A stretch of 64,000 nt of DNA, from the NCBI RefSeq assembly GCF_009914755.1, contig NC_060931.1. One strand, written 5' to 3'. Made by a program: the position numbers and the translations under genes. Under the pieces are notes generated by a model. The model saw only the letters and a program-made list of their open reading frames with translations. It ran no database searches and was not told the origin of the DNA. This stretch comes from the human T2T-CHM13v2.0 reference genome, Homo sapiens. This document shows, one piece after another, positions 18,150 to 33,948 of the stretch (position 1 is the first letter of the stretch; the number at the start of each line of letters is the position of its first letter).

Positions 18150-19140
18150 TGTTGTTACGAGCTATATGTGTCCCCCAAAATTCACATACTGTAGCCTGTA
18201 TTTGGAGATGGGTTTCTAAGAAAGTAATTATGGTTAAATGACGTCATAAGGGTGGAGCCCTAATCTGATAGGATTAGTGTTCTTCCAAGAAGAGACACTA
18301 GAGAGTTCTCTCTTTCTCCTTGTACATTTACTGAGGAAAGGCCATTTAGGGACAGTGAGATGGCAGCCTGGAAAAATGCCCTCACCATTTGCCAATCAGC
18401 TGGAACGCGATTCTCGGACTTGAACCTTCAGAACTATGAGAAATAAATTTCTGTTTTCAAAAGCACCCAGTCTATGGTATTTTGTTACAGCAGCCCAAGT
18501 ACACTAACACAGATTATGGTACTGAGAAGCAGAGTGTTGCTGTAACAAATACCTAAACATCTGGAAGTGGCTTTGGAACTGGTTGATGGGTAGAGGCTGG
18601 AAGAGTTTGAGGTGCATGACAGAGAAAGCCAAGATTGCCATGAAGCAATTGTTGGTAGAAGTATGGACATTAAAGGCACTTCTGCTGAAGGCTCAGAAAG
18701 AATGAGGAGAGCTGGAGATTATGCCTTCATTTTCTTAGCGAATACATAGATAATCTCGAACTGAATGTTGGTGGAATGTAAAATCCATTGTGGTGAGGCC
18801 TCACAAGGAAATGAGGAACAGGTTATTGGCAAGTGGAGAAAAGGCAACCCTTGTTATAAAGTGGCAGATAACTTGGCTGAGTTGTCTTCTAGTGTTTTTG
18901 TTTGTTTGTTTGTTTTTAAGACAGAACTTGCAAGACATGAAACTGGTTATTTAGCTTGAGAGATGTCAAAACAAAATGTTCAAAGTGTGGCCCATGTCCT
19001 CCTGAATGCTTATAGTAAAATGGGAGATAAGATAGATGAATTGAAGAAAAATTGTTAAGCACAAAGATACTAGAGTTAGAGATTTGAAAAATTCTCATTC
19101 TGTCCCTAATCAAAAAATGAGAAAGCACGTTCAGAAGAGG
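18150..19140 (+). mobile_element. MLT1A-like MaLR LTR (18150-18512) plus adjoining internal sequence
   Basis: LTR with AATAAA and a ctaacaca end, followed by gattatggtactgagaag ... gtggctttggaactgg (MaLR internal start). Confidence 0.85.
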
Positions 19141-19531
19141 CCAGTGTTATAGTGACTTATTTCCAACCTCTAGTTTATGTGCCATCTTTCCATTAATCAA
19201 CATAGTTTAGTTATAGCTGTTGATCCCACTGTGAATCAATTTGCTAGCTTTATTAATCAACTTACACACCATATATATTGCACTGCAGGATATTGTGATA
19301 GACATATACAAACACCTCTTGAAAATCTGTTCAGATCATTTATGATATTTCGTTGTTCTAGTTACTCATGTTGTTACTTGCATTCCATAAATTAGTATGT
19401 AATTTACTAGAGTGAATGTAAAAATTATGTCTGCCTAGCATTCTTTTCTTGGGAGGTACTTTTCCCTCCTCCATTTTATAAGCATATCACTTGGTACATG
19501 TGTTTCAAGGGATGGGAATGACCCTACCCCT

Positions 19532-19895
19532 TGTAAGGTTTTGAGGGGAAGGCAAGGGTAAAAGAGAGAGCTGGTGGCTCAACAGCAACACAGGTTTATT
19601 GAATGAAGTCCTGCACGGGGGTTGCGGGGAGACAGCAGCTAGCGCTGGAGCCCACCCCCACTTACAGACTGGGGTAATTATAGGTCCAGGCGGGAGAGGT
19701 CTGGGCTTGTTGCAAACTGGGGTGGGCGGTGTGGTTAGCTGCTGATAAAGGAGGAATTTCTTGCAGTCAGGTGGTTAGACCTGGCACTTGTCCGGCAGGA
19801 TATTTCTCATGGCCGGAGCTCTAGTGGAATTTTCTGCTCTGACCAGGGTCTGTGAAATGGTAAGGGTTTACAAAATGGTGCAGCTTGGGCTAACA
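19532..19895 (-). mobile_element. LTR18-family (ERVL) solo LTR
   Basis: TG..CA ends. Minus strand starts tgttagcccaagctgcaccattttgtaa and has AATAAA. 5-bp TSD cccct/cctct. Sits inside an older MLT1-like element (~19480-20140). Confidence 0.8.
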
Positions 19896-20846
19896 CCTCT
19901 GACCGTCTATGCCAAGCAGGTCTTGTGAATGAGTCCCGTTAGAATCCAGTCCTTCCTAGGGTCAGATGATTGGTGTGGGCATAGGCATATGATCTCAGCT
20001 GATTTTCTGGATCCATCCATGACAGGAGCTGGAGTACCTTTGAACTCATCAAGTCTGTGAGCCAATACACTTGACTCACAACCTCTCCACTCCCCCACCT
20101 TTTTTGTTTGGGTTAGTTTGAGTTAGGCATCTTTATTTTAGGTCTCTGTCTGTCCTTTCATCCTTTCATATTTATTATGCCTCATCAATGTTATTTTTGC
20201 TCCTTTTCTTCTTCCTCATTCTGGAAGAAGTTTTTAGATTTGTCCTGCATATAACTTACCCCATTTTCTGTAATGCTGAATTTTACTCTTTTACCCTTGA
20301 AATCCATCGTATTCTTGTCTATCTCTATTGTAATTTCTTTTGACTTCTCAGTTAGTGCTGTTGTTTCATAATCTCATGTTTGATTTCATATTTAAGGAAG
20401 AACATATTTCCCTGAGTTGTTTTGAGTGGATAAGCAGACACTTTTTATAATTTGCTTCTTTCCCTACATAGATGGTTTTGAAATTCTTGTTTTTTTGCTG
20501 CACCTGGAGGACTCTGTTCTCTTTCTTTTATATTGTGGGATATTTCTATAGGTCTTTTCCACCCTCCTTCTGTATATCCTCACTGAATGAGTTCTCACGT
20601 ATATTGGCTGATGTTTGCTGGCAAACAATGGTAAGTAATAATAGCTTTGCTTGTCTTTAATACTCATCACTATTTGGTTGCTGTTCAAAGTGCTTCTCTT
20701 AAATCTTAATGTGAAATACTCATTGATACAAATTTAGATTCAGAAAGCTTTACAGGAGTGTGCAGGCTCATCAGGGGAACTATGTCTCTTGATTTTTCCT
20801 TCCCTTTTGATACATTTGATTTGGCCATTGCTTCAGTGACTAACTT

Positions 20847-20927
20847 ACTTTCCTTTTTGTCTTTTTTTGTAACAGAGTCTTGGCTCTGTTGCCCAGGCTG
20901 GAGTGCAGTGGCTCAATCTCAGCTCAA
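20847..20927 (-). mobile_element. Extremely 5'-truncated Alu
   Basis: About 55 nt of Alu 3' end plus tail, between copies of a 16-bp TSD cttcagtgactaactt (20831-20846, 20928-20943). Confidence 0.92.
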
Positions 20928-21184
20928 CTTCAGTGACTAACTTTTTACACTTGACACTATAATAGTCCTTATTTCCTAGTACAAACTGGTCTTTTGTCTG
21001 GATAGTTGAGTCTAGTCTTTGTCATTCTGTTTCCTACTTGGTGTTGTCAGTGCACAAATTCTGGGGCCCTCTCTAAGATCCCTGTGTTCAACTACTTATT
21101 CTCAGTTACAAAATAGAGGTTTTGCCGCTTGCTCCTCACCTGGTATACCATCACTCATTCCTCTAAGAAGTTCTTCTTATATGG

Positions 21185-21490
21185 TTTTTTTTGGAGGCAG
21201 GGTTTCACTCTGTTGCCCAGGCTGTAGTGCAGTGGCACGATCATGGCTCACAGCAGTCTCTATCTCTCGGGCTTAAGTGACCCTTTTACTTCAGCCTCCT
21301 GAGTAGCCAGGACTAAAGGCATACCACCACACCCAGGTGATTGGTTTTTATTAATATTTTTAGTAGAGATGAGGGTGCTCTACTAATGCTACATTGTTCA
21401 GTCTGGTCTTGAACTTTTGAGCTCAAACAATCCTCCTGCCTCGGCTTCCCAAAGTGCTGGGATTACAGGTGTGAGCCACTGCACCCAGCT
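21185..21490 (-). mobile_element. AluJ
   Basis: Diverged antisense Alu with J-type gatcatggctcacagcag. Confidence 0.9.
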
Positions 21491-21737
21491 TTTCCTATAT
21501 TTTTGTCAACATAGATTTTTTACCTGTATGAGTTATCAGTGGACCTCTGGTGATTTCATTTATTTTGGTTCATTTAGAATATACCTAGCAGAAAATCTGT
21601 AGCATTTCTGCTATAATATCCTTTATTCTAATATTGTTCTTTTTAAAATAATTTCATATAATTGATATATGTCAATTTTAATATTAAAGATAATACTTTT
21701 TATGTCATCTTTGTACTTATTACAATTTGATTTTTAA

Positions 21738-22558
<821 letters not shown>

Positions 22559-23364
22559 TTAATGATTTTGAATGTTTTTTCTAATTTCTTAAATATTTAT
22601 ATATAATGAGTTGTGTATATGTTCTTTATTGCTGTGTAAGCCTTCTTAAGAACTCTTTGTAGGTTGATAACATTATGCCCAACTCATATTTGTTTTGACT
22701 AGTCTTTCTCAGTTTGTGTTTTAATTTTATTTCTGTTTTCACTGTGTCTAATATTATGTTTAAGTATCAAAGTTAATAATTTTTCTTTCATGACCTCTTT
22801 TATTGTGTTTCTGCTTTAAAAGTATTTACCATCTTAAAATCTAAAAATGGATCTCTTCTGGATGAATTTTTATGATTTCACATTAAATTATTTTATATTT
22901 TTATTTTTTCTCTTTTTAATAAAACAAACTTCCTAATTCCTTGAGTGGATTATTTATTTAGGAATTTAGCAAAATGTACTTATAATAGTGTGATTGTATT
23001 GTTTTCACTACTCTTATAAGATTTTCAAGGCCTTTATAAGCATTATCCCATTAATTCACATAATACCTTTTTGGGTTAGGTAATAACTGTGATCAGAGTT
23101 CCACATAATGTTTTTAGAAAATCTCTAGAATGAGTAAAGCTTAATTTTGTCAATAAAACATTTATAAGCACTCTTCAATGACTAGCTGACATCACATTTA
23201 GAGTTTGGTTAAAAACTGTTGTATTTAATGGCAACTTTGCCAACTTATCTATGTTTTTGTCTTCATTTTTTAATCTGTGGAAAATTTGCTACTCTTGTAT
23301 GGCTTTCTCAAATGATATATGTGGATTATTGTTGAAGAAACAGAGAAGAGTTTAAATTTTAGAT

Positions 23365-24945
23365 TAGTGCTTCTCAACCCTAGCTGCACATTAGAATTAC
23401 CTGAGAAGCTTTTAATGCAAAGTTAATGTCCAAGTTTCACCTCCAGAAATTAATATTTAATTGTTCTTTGGTGTTGCTGGGCATTAAGAGTTTTGAAGAA
23501 GCTTCTGTTATGCACCCATGGTAGAAAGCTATTATTTTGCATCAGTGGTTTTCAAAATGTGATCCCCAGATTTGCTGCATCACGTGAGAACTTGAGATGT
23601 AATGAAATGTAAATTATCAGACCACATCTCGATCTGTCTGCTTTTTTTCAAAAGAATTTTTTGTTCTGAGATAATTGTGGATTCACATGTAATTGGAAGA
23701 AATAATAGAGATCCATTTTCACCAGTTTTGCATGCATTTGTGTGTTTGTGTGTGTATATTTACTTCTATACAATTTTTTTTAGTATATGTGCTGCCAAGG
23801 TGAGCACTACAATCTATTTTTTTTAATGTTTTATTTTAGATTCAGTGGTACATGTGCAGGTTTGTTATATAGGTAAGTTGTGTGTCACTGGAGTTTGGAG
23901 TACAGAGTATTTCACCACCCAGGTACCCAATAGGTATTTTTTCAATCCTCTCCCTCCTCCTTCCCTCTACTCTCAAGTAGGCCCTGGTGTCTGTTGTTGC
24001 CTTTCTTGTATCCATATGTGCTCAGTGTTTAGCTCCCACATGTAAGTAAGAACATGGCGGTGTTTGGTTTTCTCTTTCTGTGTTAGTTTGCTTCAGATAA
24101 TGGTCTGCAGTTCCATAAATACATGATTCATTCTTTTTTATGGCTGTGAAATATTCCATGCTTTATCCAGTCTACCATTGATGGGCATTTAGGTTGATCC
24201 CATGTTTTTGTTATTGTGAGTAATGCGATGAACATACGCGTGCGTGTGTCTTTATGGTAGAATGACGTATGTATTCCTTTGGGTGTACACCTAATAGTGT
24301 GATTGCTGGGTGGAATGGTATTTCTGTTTTGTGTTCTTTGAGAAATTGCCAAACTGCTTTCCACCCTATCTGAACTAATTTGCATTCTCATCAACAGTAT
24401 AAGTGTTCCCTTTTCTCTACAACTTTGTCAACATCTGTTATTTTTTGACTTTTTAATAATAGGCATTCTGACTGGTGTGAGATGGTAACTCATTGTGGTT
24501 TTGATTTACATTTCTCTAATGATTAGTGATGTTTAGCACTTTTTCATATGCTTGTTGGCCACACGTGTCTTCTTTTGAAAAGTGTCTGTGTCCTTTGCCC
24601 ACTTTTTAATGGGGTTGTTTTCAGATGTCTACTATCACTAAAGTCAAGATACAGGATGCAACAACAATCTGTGTTTCACCAAGTTTTCGGGTGACTGGTA
24701 CTGCTAAGGTTTGAGAACTATTTAAAAAATAAGACTAGAAGAGCAGGAACAGACTTTTTTTCCCCAAAAGGATTAGTCTAAATACGCAAAGGGTACTCAT
24801 AGACCAGCAGCATAGATCTCACCCAGGAGCTTCATATTACTGTAGAATCTTAGGTCCCATCTTGGACCTAATGAATCAGAGTTCACATTTTAACAGGATC
24901 CTCAGATAATGTGTGTACATATTGAAGTTGAAGGGTACCTGATTA
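23365..24945. mobile_element. Cluster of MER5A/B MITEs (23365-23530; 23543-23640 plus 24655-24722; 24770-24945)
   Basis: MER5 terminal and internal motifs. The middle copy is split by L1 fragments. Confidence 0.65.
23817..24622 (-). mobile_element. L1PA15/16 or L1PB-like 3' fragment
   Basis: tttattttagattcagtggtacatgtgcaggtttg ... ctttgcccactttttaatggggttg. Confidence 0.88.
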
Positions 24946-26990
24946 AGGGGTTAAAATATGCAAACAAACAAAAACAACTAAATCAGTTTTCCGAAATTGG
25001 GTTTAAATATTTATTCTCACAGTAAATACCTTTCACGTTGAAGATAATTTGTCTTTTAATAAAGATAATTTTAGTGTTGAAGCAAAACTAATACCATTTT
25101 CTGTGCTTTACATCTCATTTTAGGGTCATTATGGTGTTATTTTTTGCTGATGGAGTTGGGTTCTTAAAAAAACCATATAGATATGCAAGTTGAGATTTTC
25201 TATCAATTAGTCTTAATATTACACCATCTTAAGTACCGAAAATATGACAAGTATCATCAGTTTCATCAACATCAAACTTAAATGTGTCTGAATTTTTTCA
25301 TCAACTTTTTTTTCCACTTGTCACTTACTTCTGATAAAATTGGATATACTGGGTTTGTTTCAGGCTCCTGTAGCAGTTCATCTGGTAACTATCATTATTT
25401 TCTGCTTTCATTTTTATGGCATTTGGTTTGAGAGTCTGAGAAAGAATTTTAAAGAAAAAGTGCAACATTGAGAAAAACAGACAAGAGACCGGGAAGTAGC
25501 CTTTTTAATAGATAGATGTATTAGTTTAGGCTATTTTCCAATTCTGTTTTGCCTCCCCCCGCAACAAGTAATAAATGAACACATTTATAATTATTTTTCT
25601 TCTTCCCTCCCTTCTTTTCACACTGTGTAAGGTGGAAGGGAGTTTCTGGCTTAACCAGGGGAAGAGTATTGTTAAATAAGGCTTCAAAGACATGCAGAAG
25701 GCTAAATAAGAATTTGTGAGGTGGATTTATTGGTTGCGGGGCAGTAGAATACAGAATTCAGTGCTGATAGTTCAGATTGAGGTATTACATACAACAGTGT
25801 GGGCAGAGGGCAAAGGAGGGATGGACGGAGAGGTGGGAAAAGCAGGGATCTGTCACCTCGCCATACAGCCAAAGGGACAAGAAGGAAATGTACTTCCTGG
25901 AGCCAGTAAGGGAACTGTGGAGGAGAGGCCACCTGGTTAAAGCTGTGGTCATGGAAGGACCTACCTGGCTGCTTCTTGAGATACAGTGCCCACATGAGAG
26001 GGAGCCACAAAGAAATTCTTCTATCTCTTTTTCTTCCCAGAGGTGAAATCTAATGAAAAGTTGGCTGGGTATTGCAGTTTGTGCGGTCACTGTCAAGAGC
26101 ACTGAATAAAGTAGAGAAGGCTGAGGATAGATGGAGTTTAGGGTATAAAATAAAATAACCAGGAGATCAGAGTGGAATGCAATTCCAGAGAGAATGAATA
26201 TTATGTGCTAATGCACAGAAATGCCAAAGATTGGCAACTGTGGGAATAATGAGGAGTATAGGAAGCAGGAAATGTGAAAGCAAAGTAGTAGCAGGAGATG
26301 AGGCTGGATACATAACAATAATAATAGTTAATACTTTTGGTGCCAAGCACTTGGCTAAATAGTTTACATAATTTCAGTCTACACATTATTATGAGGTTGA
26401 CCCTATCATGTAGCAATTATGACTCTTGTCCACAAATGCATATGCAATTTTTTTTTTCTTACATTGACTCAGATTTCATTCTGAGCCTTTACCTCGTATT
26501 GGGAAATCGTACCTCAGTCATTAGTTTGGCTCCTGCCTTCTCCATAGAGTTCCATAAAACTCCAGGAGATTTGCAGGGTGACCAGATGAACTGGGAAGGA
26601 CTCTAATCTCTAGGCCACCAGATTCTGCCAACCTCCTCTTCGTTACTGATAGTGGTCACTTGAAATTCCTGGATTCTTGAGCCATGGGAAGGACACTGGA
26701 GTGTTTTCAAAGGCTGTGAGCCCCAGTGGGTTAGGTGTCCACTCCCTTTGTATGTTTTGGTTTATCATTCCTAATGTCATAAACTTGTCAGAATCTTTTT
26801 ATAATTGACTTAGGAGGTTCATCATATCTCATTCATCTTTCAGACATTTATGTCAATCAAAACCTATGACAATTTCTTACTATTATGTTTTGTAACCTGT
26901 AGGTAACCTTTGTAACCTTTTGGGCAATATTAACCATATATGCTCCTTAGAGACTGTGAGATGTTCCCTTTTACAACCAACCCTTTTGAG

Positions 26991-29417
26991 CAGGAGTTGG
27001 CAGACTTTTTTGGTAAGCAGCCATATAGTCAAGAATTTAGGCTTTGCAGGCCAAGAGGCAAAACTGAGGATATTATGCAAATATTTATGCAATAAGAGAG
27101 GAAAACATCTCACAAAATTTTAAGTGATTAAATTAAAGAATATAAAATAATTTAGTATTATTTATAAGACAGATTTACTAATGAGAAGAATGGAATTCTT
27201 TTTTTGGGAGGATTATATTTCACTTCATTCAGGTGTAAAATTAGTGTTCCCTATCATTAGAATTGATTTCAAATGTTTGTCTCTTAATGCTGATCTGTAA
27301 TAAGAATTTACATATTTCATCTTTGAAAATGTCTTTTCACGCAGAAAGGTGCTGCCAAGTAGTTATATCAATCCACAGCATATGATTTAAATTGAGCATG
27401 TTCATTGCCTGGAAGGCATTTCTAGAATTTATTAGACTTTTCTCTTGATATTTTCCTTTTACATGTCATTACATTGCAGATTAATCACTTCCAATTGAAA
27501 GTTAGGTGGAAATTCCTCAGTTGCTCCGTTAAATGGATTTTGAAATATGGAAATTTCCTTTGCACTTGCATCAAGGTCTGAAGAACACTGTTGTAGCTTG
27601 AGTTCAGAAAATATATCTGCTCCAGATTCATGTGGGAATGGAAATCTCACTTTTTGTTTTATCTTCTGACAGCGCAGGAAGTATATAAAACAGCTTGGCA
27701 TAACTCGTGATTCAAACAACATTAGTTGTCATCGAAATGACTTTACCGTCATAAAAGTTTTGCATGCAAATGCTGTTTTGCCTTGAAATTTTAGATTGAA
27801 TTCATTAAACATATTGTCAAATCCGCAGGAAAAGCCAATTTCCAAAGCTATTTAATGCTCAATGATAGTGGTTGAGGATAGATTTTCTTACTCAGAAAAA
27901 TTTCATTCATGATCCTGAGCTCAAACACCACACCTAAGTTTATCCCTATTACAGGCATGGAAGTGCTGTGTAGTGAGTGGAGTGAGTCAGAATATTAAAC
28001 TTCTATTTCTGAGAAAACTTCTAGGACTAACTGGCTAAGCCTATCAGAGCAAAACATATTTTCTGAAAAGTACTTGCTGGTGAATAATACGATGAATAAC
28101 CATAGGCTCTGAACACCTTCCTCTGTAAATTTGTCCAAGTCACCCTCTGCTCCATACATAACTTTTTGCCACTCTAAATTGTAACACATTTTAGCAGACT
28201 CCGCTTAAGTTGTTTTGAATTAGTGTTTTCTTAGTTTCTTTGAAAATACTTGTTTGTAGTTGTTCTGTGCAGTCTATTCATAGAAACTAATTCTTCAGCC
28301 TCTTCAAAATCAGTACTGACTCCTTGAAAGAACAACTGAACAGTATCCATCACATCTGTTAGCTTATCAAAAGCTGAGGAAAACCACACAAAATAATTTG
28401 CCTTATTTTCAAATTGACTATTGATATTGCTTCCAATGTCTTCAACTCTTTGAACAACTGTTTTTACTGAAAGATTAATATTTCTAAACAAATTTATTTT
28501 CTCTGGACACATTTCTTTAGCTGCTGTAATCAGACACAATTTAAAATGACTCATCACTGGTAAATGGTTTTCTTTGCTTGGCTCAAAAACGAACCACTCA
28601 GAAACTTACTTTGGTTGCAGTCTTATTTTTATTTTTTAATTTTTGTGATGAAATTCTGCTGTTTTAAGATAGTGTGTTTTAAATTTTATAATTTTTCTGA
28701 CTATTGCTTTCCTATGAGTTGGGAATATTTTGATCAGTACCCAATTTGGCAGTTATTGTCTCCCTTTAGCACAGCTATAATGTCATTACATAATAACCAA
28801 AATGCTTTGTCACCTAATTTAATTAAAAAAATTCATCTTCCAATGTATGCCAACATCTAGCATGATGAAGTCCATTTGTCTTCTCTTTTCTTCTTTTGAC
28901 ATGATTGGTATGCATTGGGAAGATTAAAAAAATGTGACCCTACCACATGCGTGACACTGTCGATTTTGTTGAGTTATGATTGTGTCGCTGTGATTTGTGG
29001 TGCATCAAAAAGATGTGCAAAGCAATAAGCATGAGAATGCGACATGTGGTCTCGGTCACAACTACTCACTTCTGCTGATGTAGGGCAAAAGTAGCCATAG
29101 ATGTAAACAGAGGAATGTGGCTGTGTTTCAATAAAACTTCAGTTATGAACACTGACATTTCAATTGCATGTAATTTTCATGTATCATGAGATATTTTTCT
29201 TTTGATTTTTAAAAATTTATCTTTTTTCTTTTTTCTTTTCTTTTTTGTCTTTTTAAAATCTTTTTTCTTTTTTTTAATCTTCTTTTGATTTTTTTAACCA
29301 TTTAAAAATGATTTTTTTAACCATTTAAACATGTAAAGAACATTCTTAGCTTGTGGGTCATCCAAAAATGGACAGCAGGCTGAATTTGGCCAGTATGGCG
29401 TTGTTTGCTGACCCCTA
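26991..29417 (-). mobile_element. Cheshire (hAT-Charlie) autonomous-type DNA transposon, near full length, decayed transposase
   Basis: MER58-type TIRs caggagttggcagact / gtttgctgacccct(a). 8-bp TSD cttttgag/ctgttgag. Minus-strand ORF pieces 28231-28557, 27995-28189 and 27459-27722 resemble Charlie/GTF2IRD2-type transposase. Confidence 0.9.
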
Positions 29418-29921
29418 CTGTTGAGAATCATTGATCTATGATGAGTAGAATGTCAAAGACACCAAAAAATAAGTCCTGCTTTAAGACTTGGCACATAAGA
29501 ATAGGAGACTTGGCTATTTTGTTTCCCATTAAATCCTTAGCACATAGATGCCCAATAAGTAGTTTTGAATAAGGCAATTATAGAAAACTTCTGGCACATA
29601 ATAAACCTAAAAGATCTGTTCCATGAATGAAATGAATGAATGATATGCTGTCTATCCTACACAATATGTGGGAGCTTAAAGATGATGGGTTAAAAATAAA
29701 TTGTTTAATCTGAGAGAATTCAAAAATAGGGAGAGGTTATACCTGAAAAGCATGAAGTGTTTAGTAGCTGGGAATCATTATGGCCAGGTTATTAAGTAAT
29801 AATAGCTGGAGAGCATATTATTTTGCGTAACTAAGATGTGAGAGGAGTATAGTAGACAAACACAACTCTCTATAGGCTATTTCTATGAGGCTCTTTATAA
29901 CTAAATTGCTTTAAAAAGTTA

Positions 29922-30265
<344 letters not shown>

Positions 30266-30652
30266 TCATAGAAAATGACAGAATTTTCGACAAAGAAAGA
30301 ACTTAAAACCAAAGAAGCTAGTAGCCAATTGCATTTTCCAGGAGGATGAGCTCCATGTTAGGATATTTTAACTATTTAATAGGCTAGACTATTTATACAA
30401 CATCCCCCAAGTTATGTATACTTCCAGGCATGTGTTATATCTCTCAGGCATAGGTAACTGTGGGAAATATGATTGTTAGCCAAAGATACATTTTACACTA
30501 TGTTTACAAACTCACTTAGATTGCATGCAAATAAAGAATTTGGCAAGTTTTTAGTCATCACTTTTGGCATGGGGCTGTTCCCTGGATATGGACTGTTTTA
30601 TCAACTCAGAGGCATTTCTTATTCCAGCAGCATTAGCTTTATGTTCTGTCAT

Positions 30653-31008
<356 letters not shown>

Positions 31009-31159
31009 TGTTCTGTCATTTAGTACAGTAAGACTGGACCTGACGTGGCAATATCAGTACAAGTTTCATGGTAACTCTTGTTTACCCCCATGATATAAGA
31101 GTAGAGAAACACCCACCCAAAGGAAGGGTATAAAGAGAACGATTGTCAAACTGCCTTTC

Positions 31160-31330
31160 TCACGTCCTAACTGTGTTGTTGTAGGTAAGGTGTTTACCCT
31201 TCTGAACCTTCATTTCTTCCCCTGAGAAGTTGTAATATGATCTACTTTAGAGCTAGATTGTGGAGATTAAATGAGACAACATGTGTCAACTGCTTAGCAC
31301 AGTGTTGGAGAGTGGAAATGGTAGCTATTA
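31160..31330 (+). mobile_element. MIR SINE
   Basis: tctgaaccttcatttc ... gagattaaatgagacaac ... cttagcacagtg. Confidence 0.75.
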
Positions 31331-31500
31331 TTTACATTAAAATGACAGATTTTATACTTTAATATTTTAAAATTTAAAATGACTAGATGACTGTTGTCTC
31401 TGCATAATACAAGCTCATTATGGACAATTTTATTGGTAACTACTTACAAATGTTAGAGAAATGACCTGCAGCCTTTTATTACCCACTGCATAGCCCATGA

Positions 31501-31830
<330 letters not shown>

Positions 31831-31914
31831 TAAAAATACTGTTTTTCTTCTATTCTACCTTTGTTTGAAGAGGGTTAATGCAAATTTCATTGAGATTTGT
31901 GAAGAAGGAATACA

Positions 31915-32720
31915 ATTCATTCATTGATTTATTAATTCATGATTTCAACAAATGCTGAGCACCAACAGTGTGCCAAGCGCTGGGTCTACAGTGAAGAACA
32001 AGCAATTGCCTCTGCCCCTAAGCAGTTCACTTGCACCTAGAGAGAAAGTGAAGGTGGTGATGGATGCAGTAACAGAGTAAGTGCACTGTGATATGGCCAT
32101 GCGTGGAAGGCACTCCTAACCCCGTTGTGGGAGACTTGAGATTTCTTAGAAGAAGTAAAATCTCTGTTGAAGGCAGGTGAGGCAGAGATGAAGGGATTGG
32201 ACTAGCATGAGAGGGAGCAGTGAATATAACTGGAGAGGTTTCTAAGGGCTTTGTAAACCATGTTATGAAATTCAAACACTATCCTAAGGGCAGGAGAGAG
32301 CCTCTGAAATGTTTTAGGTACTCAAAGACATTTGTGTTTAGAAATATTAATAAAATTTTGACAATAGTGTGGAACAAGCAAAGATTGTGGGCCAGGAGAC
32401 CAGTTAAGGGGCTGTTACAGTACTCTAGGTGCAAGGAAATGGTGGCTATGGGGATGAAGAGACAGCAAACAGGTTCAAGATCTATTAAGGAGTTATAATT
32501 GATATTGCTTAATCAATAATTATTAGTGTGAATGTTGAAGGAGTAGATGATGATTCTTAGGTGTTTTACTTCAGCCACTGGGAGGATGTTATTAGGAAAG
32601 ATGAGAGGAGGAGTAGGTTGTGTCTGGAGAAATGAGGGAGTAATGACTTTACCTATAGACTGATTTTTCTAGTGCTATGGGTGCTTCAAATGGAGATCCT
32701 TCTGTATGAGTTCAGTTTCC
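31915..32720 (-). mobile_element. L2 LINE 3' portion
   Basis: ttcattcatt start, caacaaatgctgagcacc, ggagaccagttaaggggctgtt. Resumes weakly at 33240-33600. Confidence 0.8.
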
Positions 32721-32796
32721 CAGTCAGCAGTCTAATCTGCTCTTTAGGATACCAACAAAGCACAGGCAGCTCAGCCCTCAAAAAGAGAGAAAATTT

Positions 32797-33133
<337 letters not shown>

Positions 33134-33324
33134 TCAACAAAATTTTCAGTTTTGTTTTAATTTAAAAAGCAAGCAACATTTTATTTTGTGGCTTACTGTA
33201 GTGTTTTGGTATTTCGATTTTTGAATGATAAAGGCAGTGGTAACTGGAGATACAGACTTGGGAGTCACTGGCATAAAGATAACAATTGAAGTGATTGAGT
33301 GAGATCTCAGGGAGGGATCAAAGA

Positions 33325-33465
33325 GCAGTCATGGTTTTTTTTTCTGAGGGCACATTGGAATCACATGGGGATCTTAAGAAATATCCTGATGCCTGAGACC
33401 CATCGCCAGAGATTCTGATTTAATTGCTTTAAGCTGGCCTGGGCCAAAATTTGAGAAGCACTGGC
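33325..33465 (-). mobile_element. MER5B-like MITE
   Basis: cacattggaatcacatgggg ... agagattctgatttaatt ... ttgagaagcactg. Confidence 0.7.
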
Positions 33466-33639
33466 TTAGAGTGAGAAGAAATTACAGGAAAGAATGTGAG
33501 GGGATCACAATATTTAAATGTCAATCCAGAGAGGACTGTAATACACGTAGGCCGCCAAGGAGTTCAAGGAAAGAAAACTCTTTAGAACATCAGGTGTGGC
33601 TGCATCACCTTCTTGATTCAGATGATTAAGAAGTTCAAC

Positions 33640-33948
33640 CATGCCCGGCGCAGTGGCTATCGCCTGTAATCCCAGCACTTTGGGAGGCCGAGGTGGGCAG
33701 ATGACCTGAGGTCAGGAGTTCGAGACCAGCCTGACCAACATGGCAAATCCCTGTCTCTACTAAAAATACAAAAATTAGCTGGGTGTGGTGGCGCATGCCT
33801 CTAGTCCTAGCTACTCAGGAGGCTGAGGTAGGAGAATCACTTGAAACCAGGAGGCAGAAGTTGCAGTGAGCCAAGATGGCGTCACTGCACTCCAGCCTGG
33901 GTGACAGAGCGAGAGTCCATCCCCGCCGCTCCCCCCTCAAAAAAAAAG
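33640..33948 (+). mobile_element. AluS
   Basis: Full Alu, with a C-rich insert before the poly(A). Confidence 0.96.

Noticed and set aside
27459-28557. Domesticated transposase gene (GTF2IRD2/ZBED-like)
   Set aside because: The ORF is fragmented and lies between TIRs and a TSD, as expected for neutral decay.
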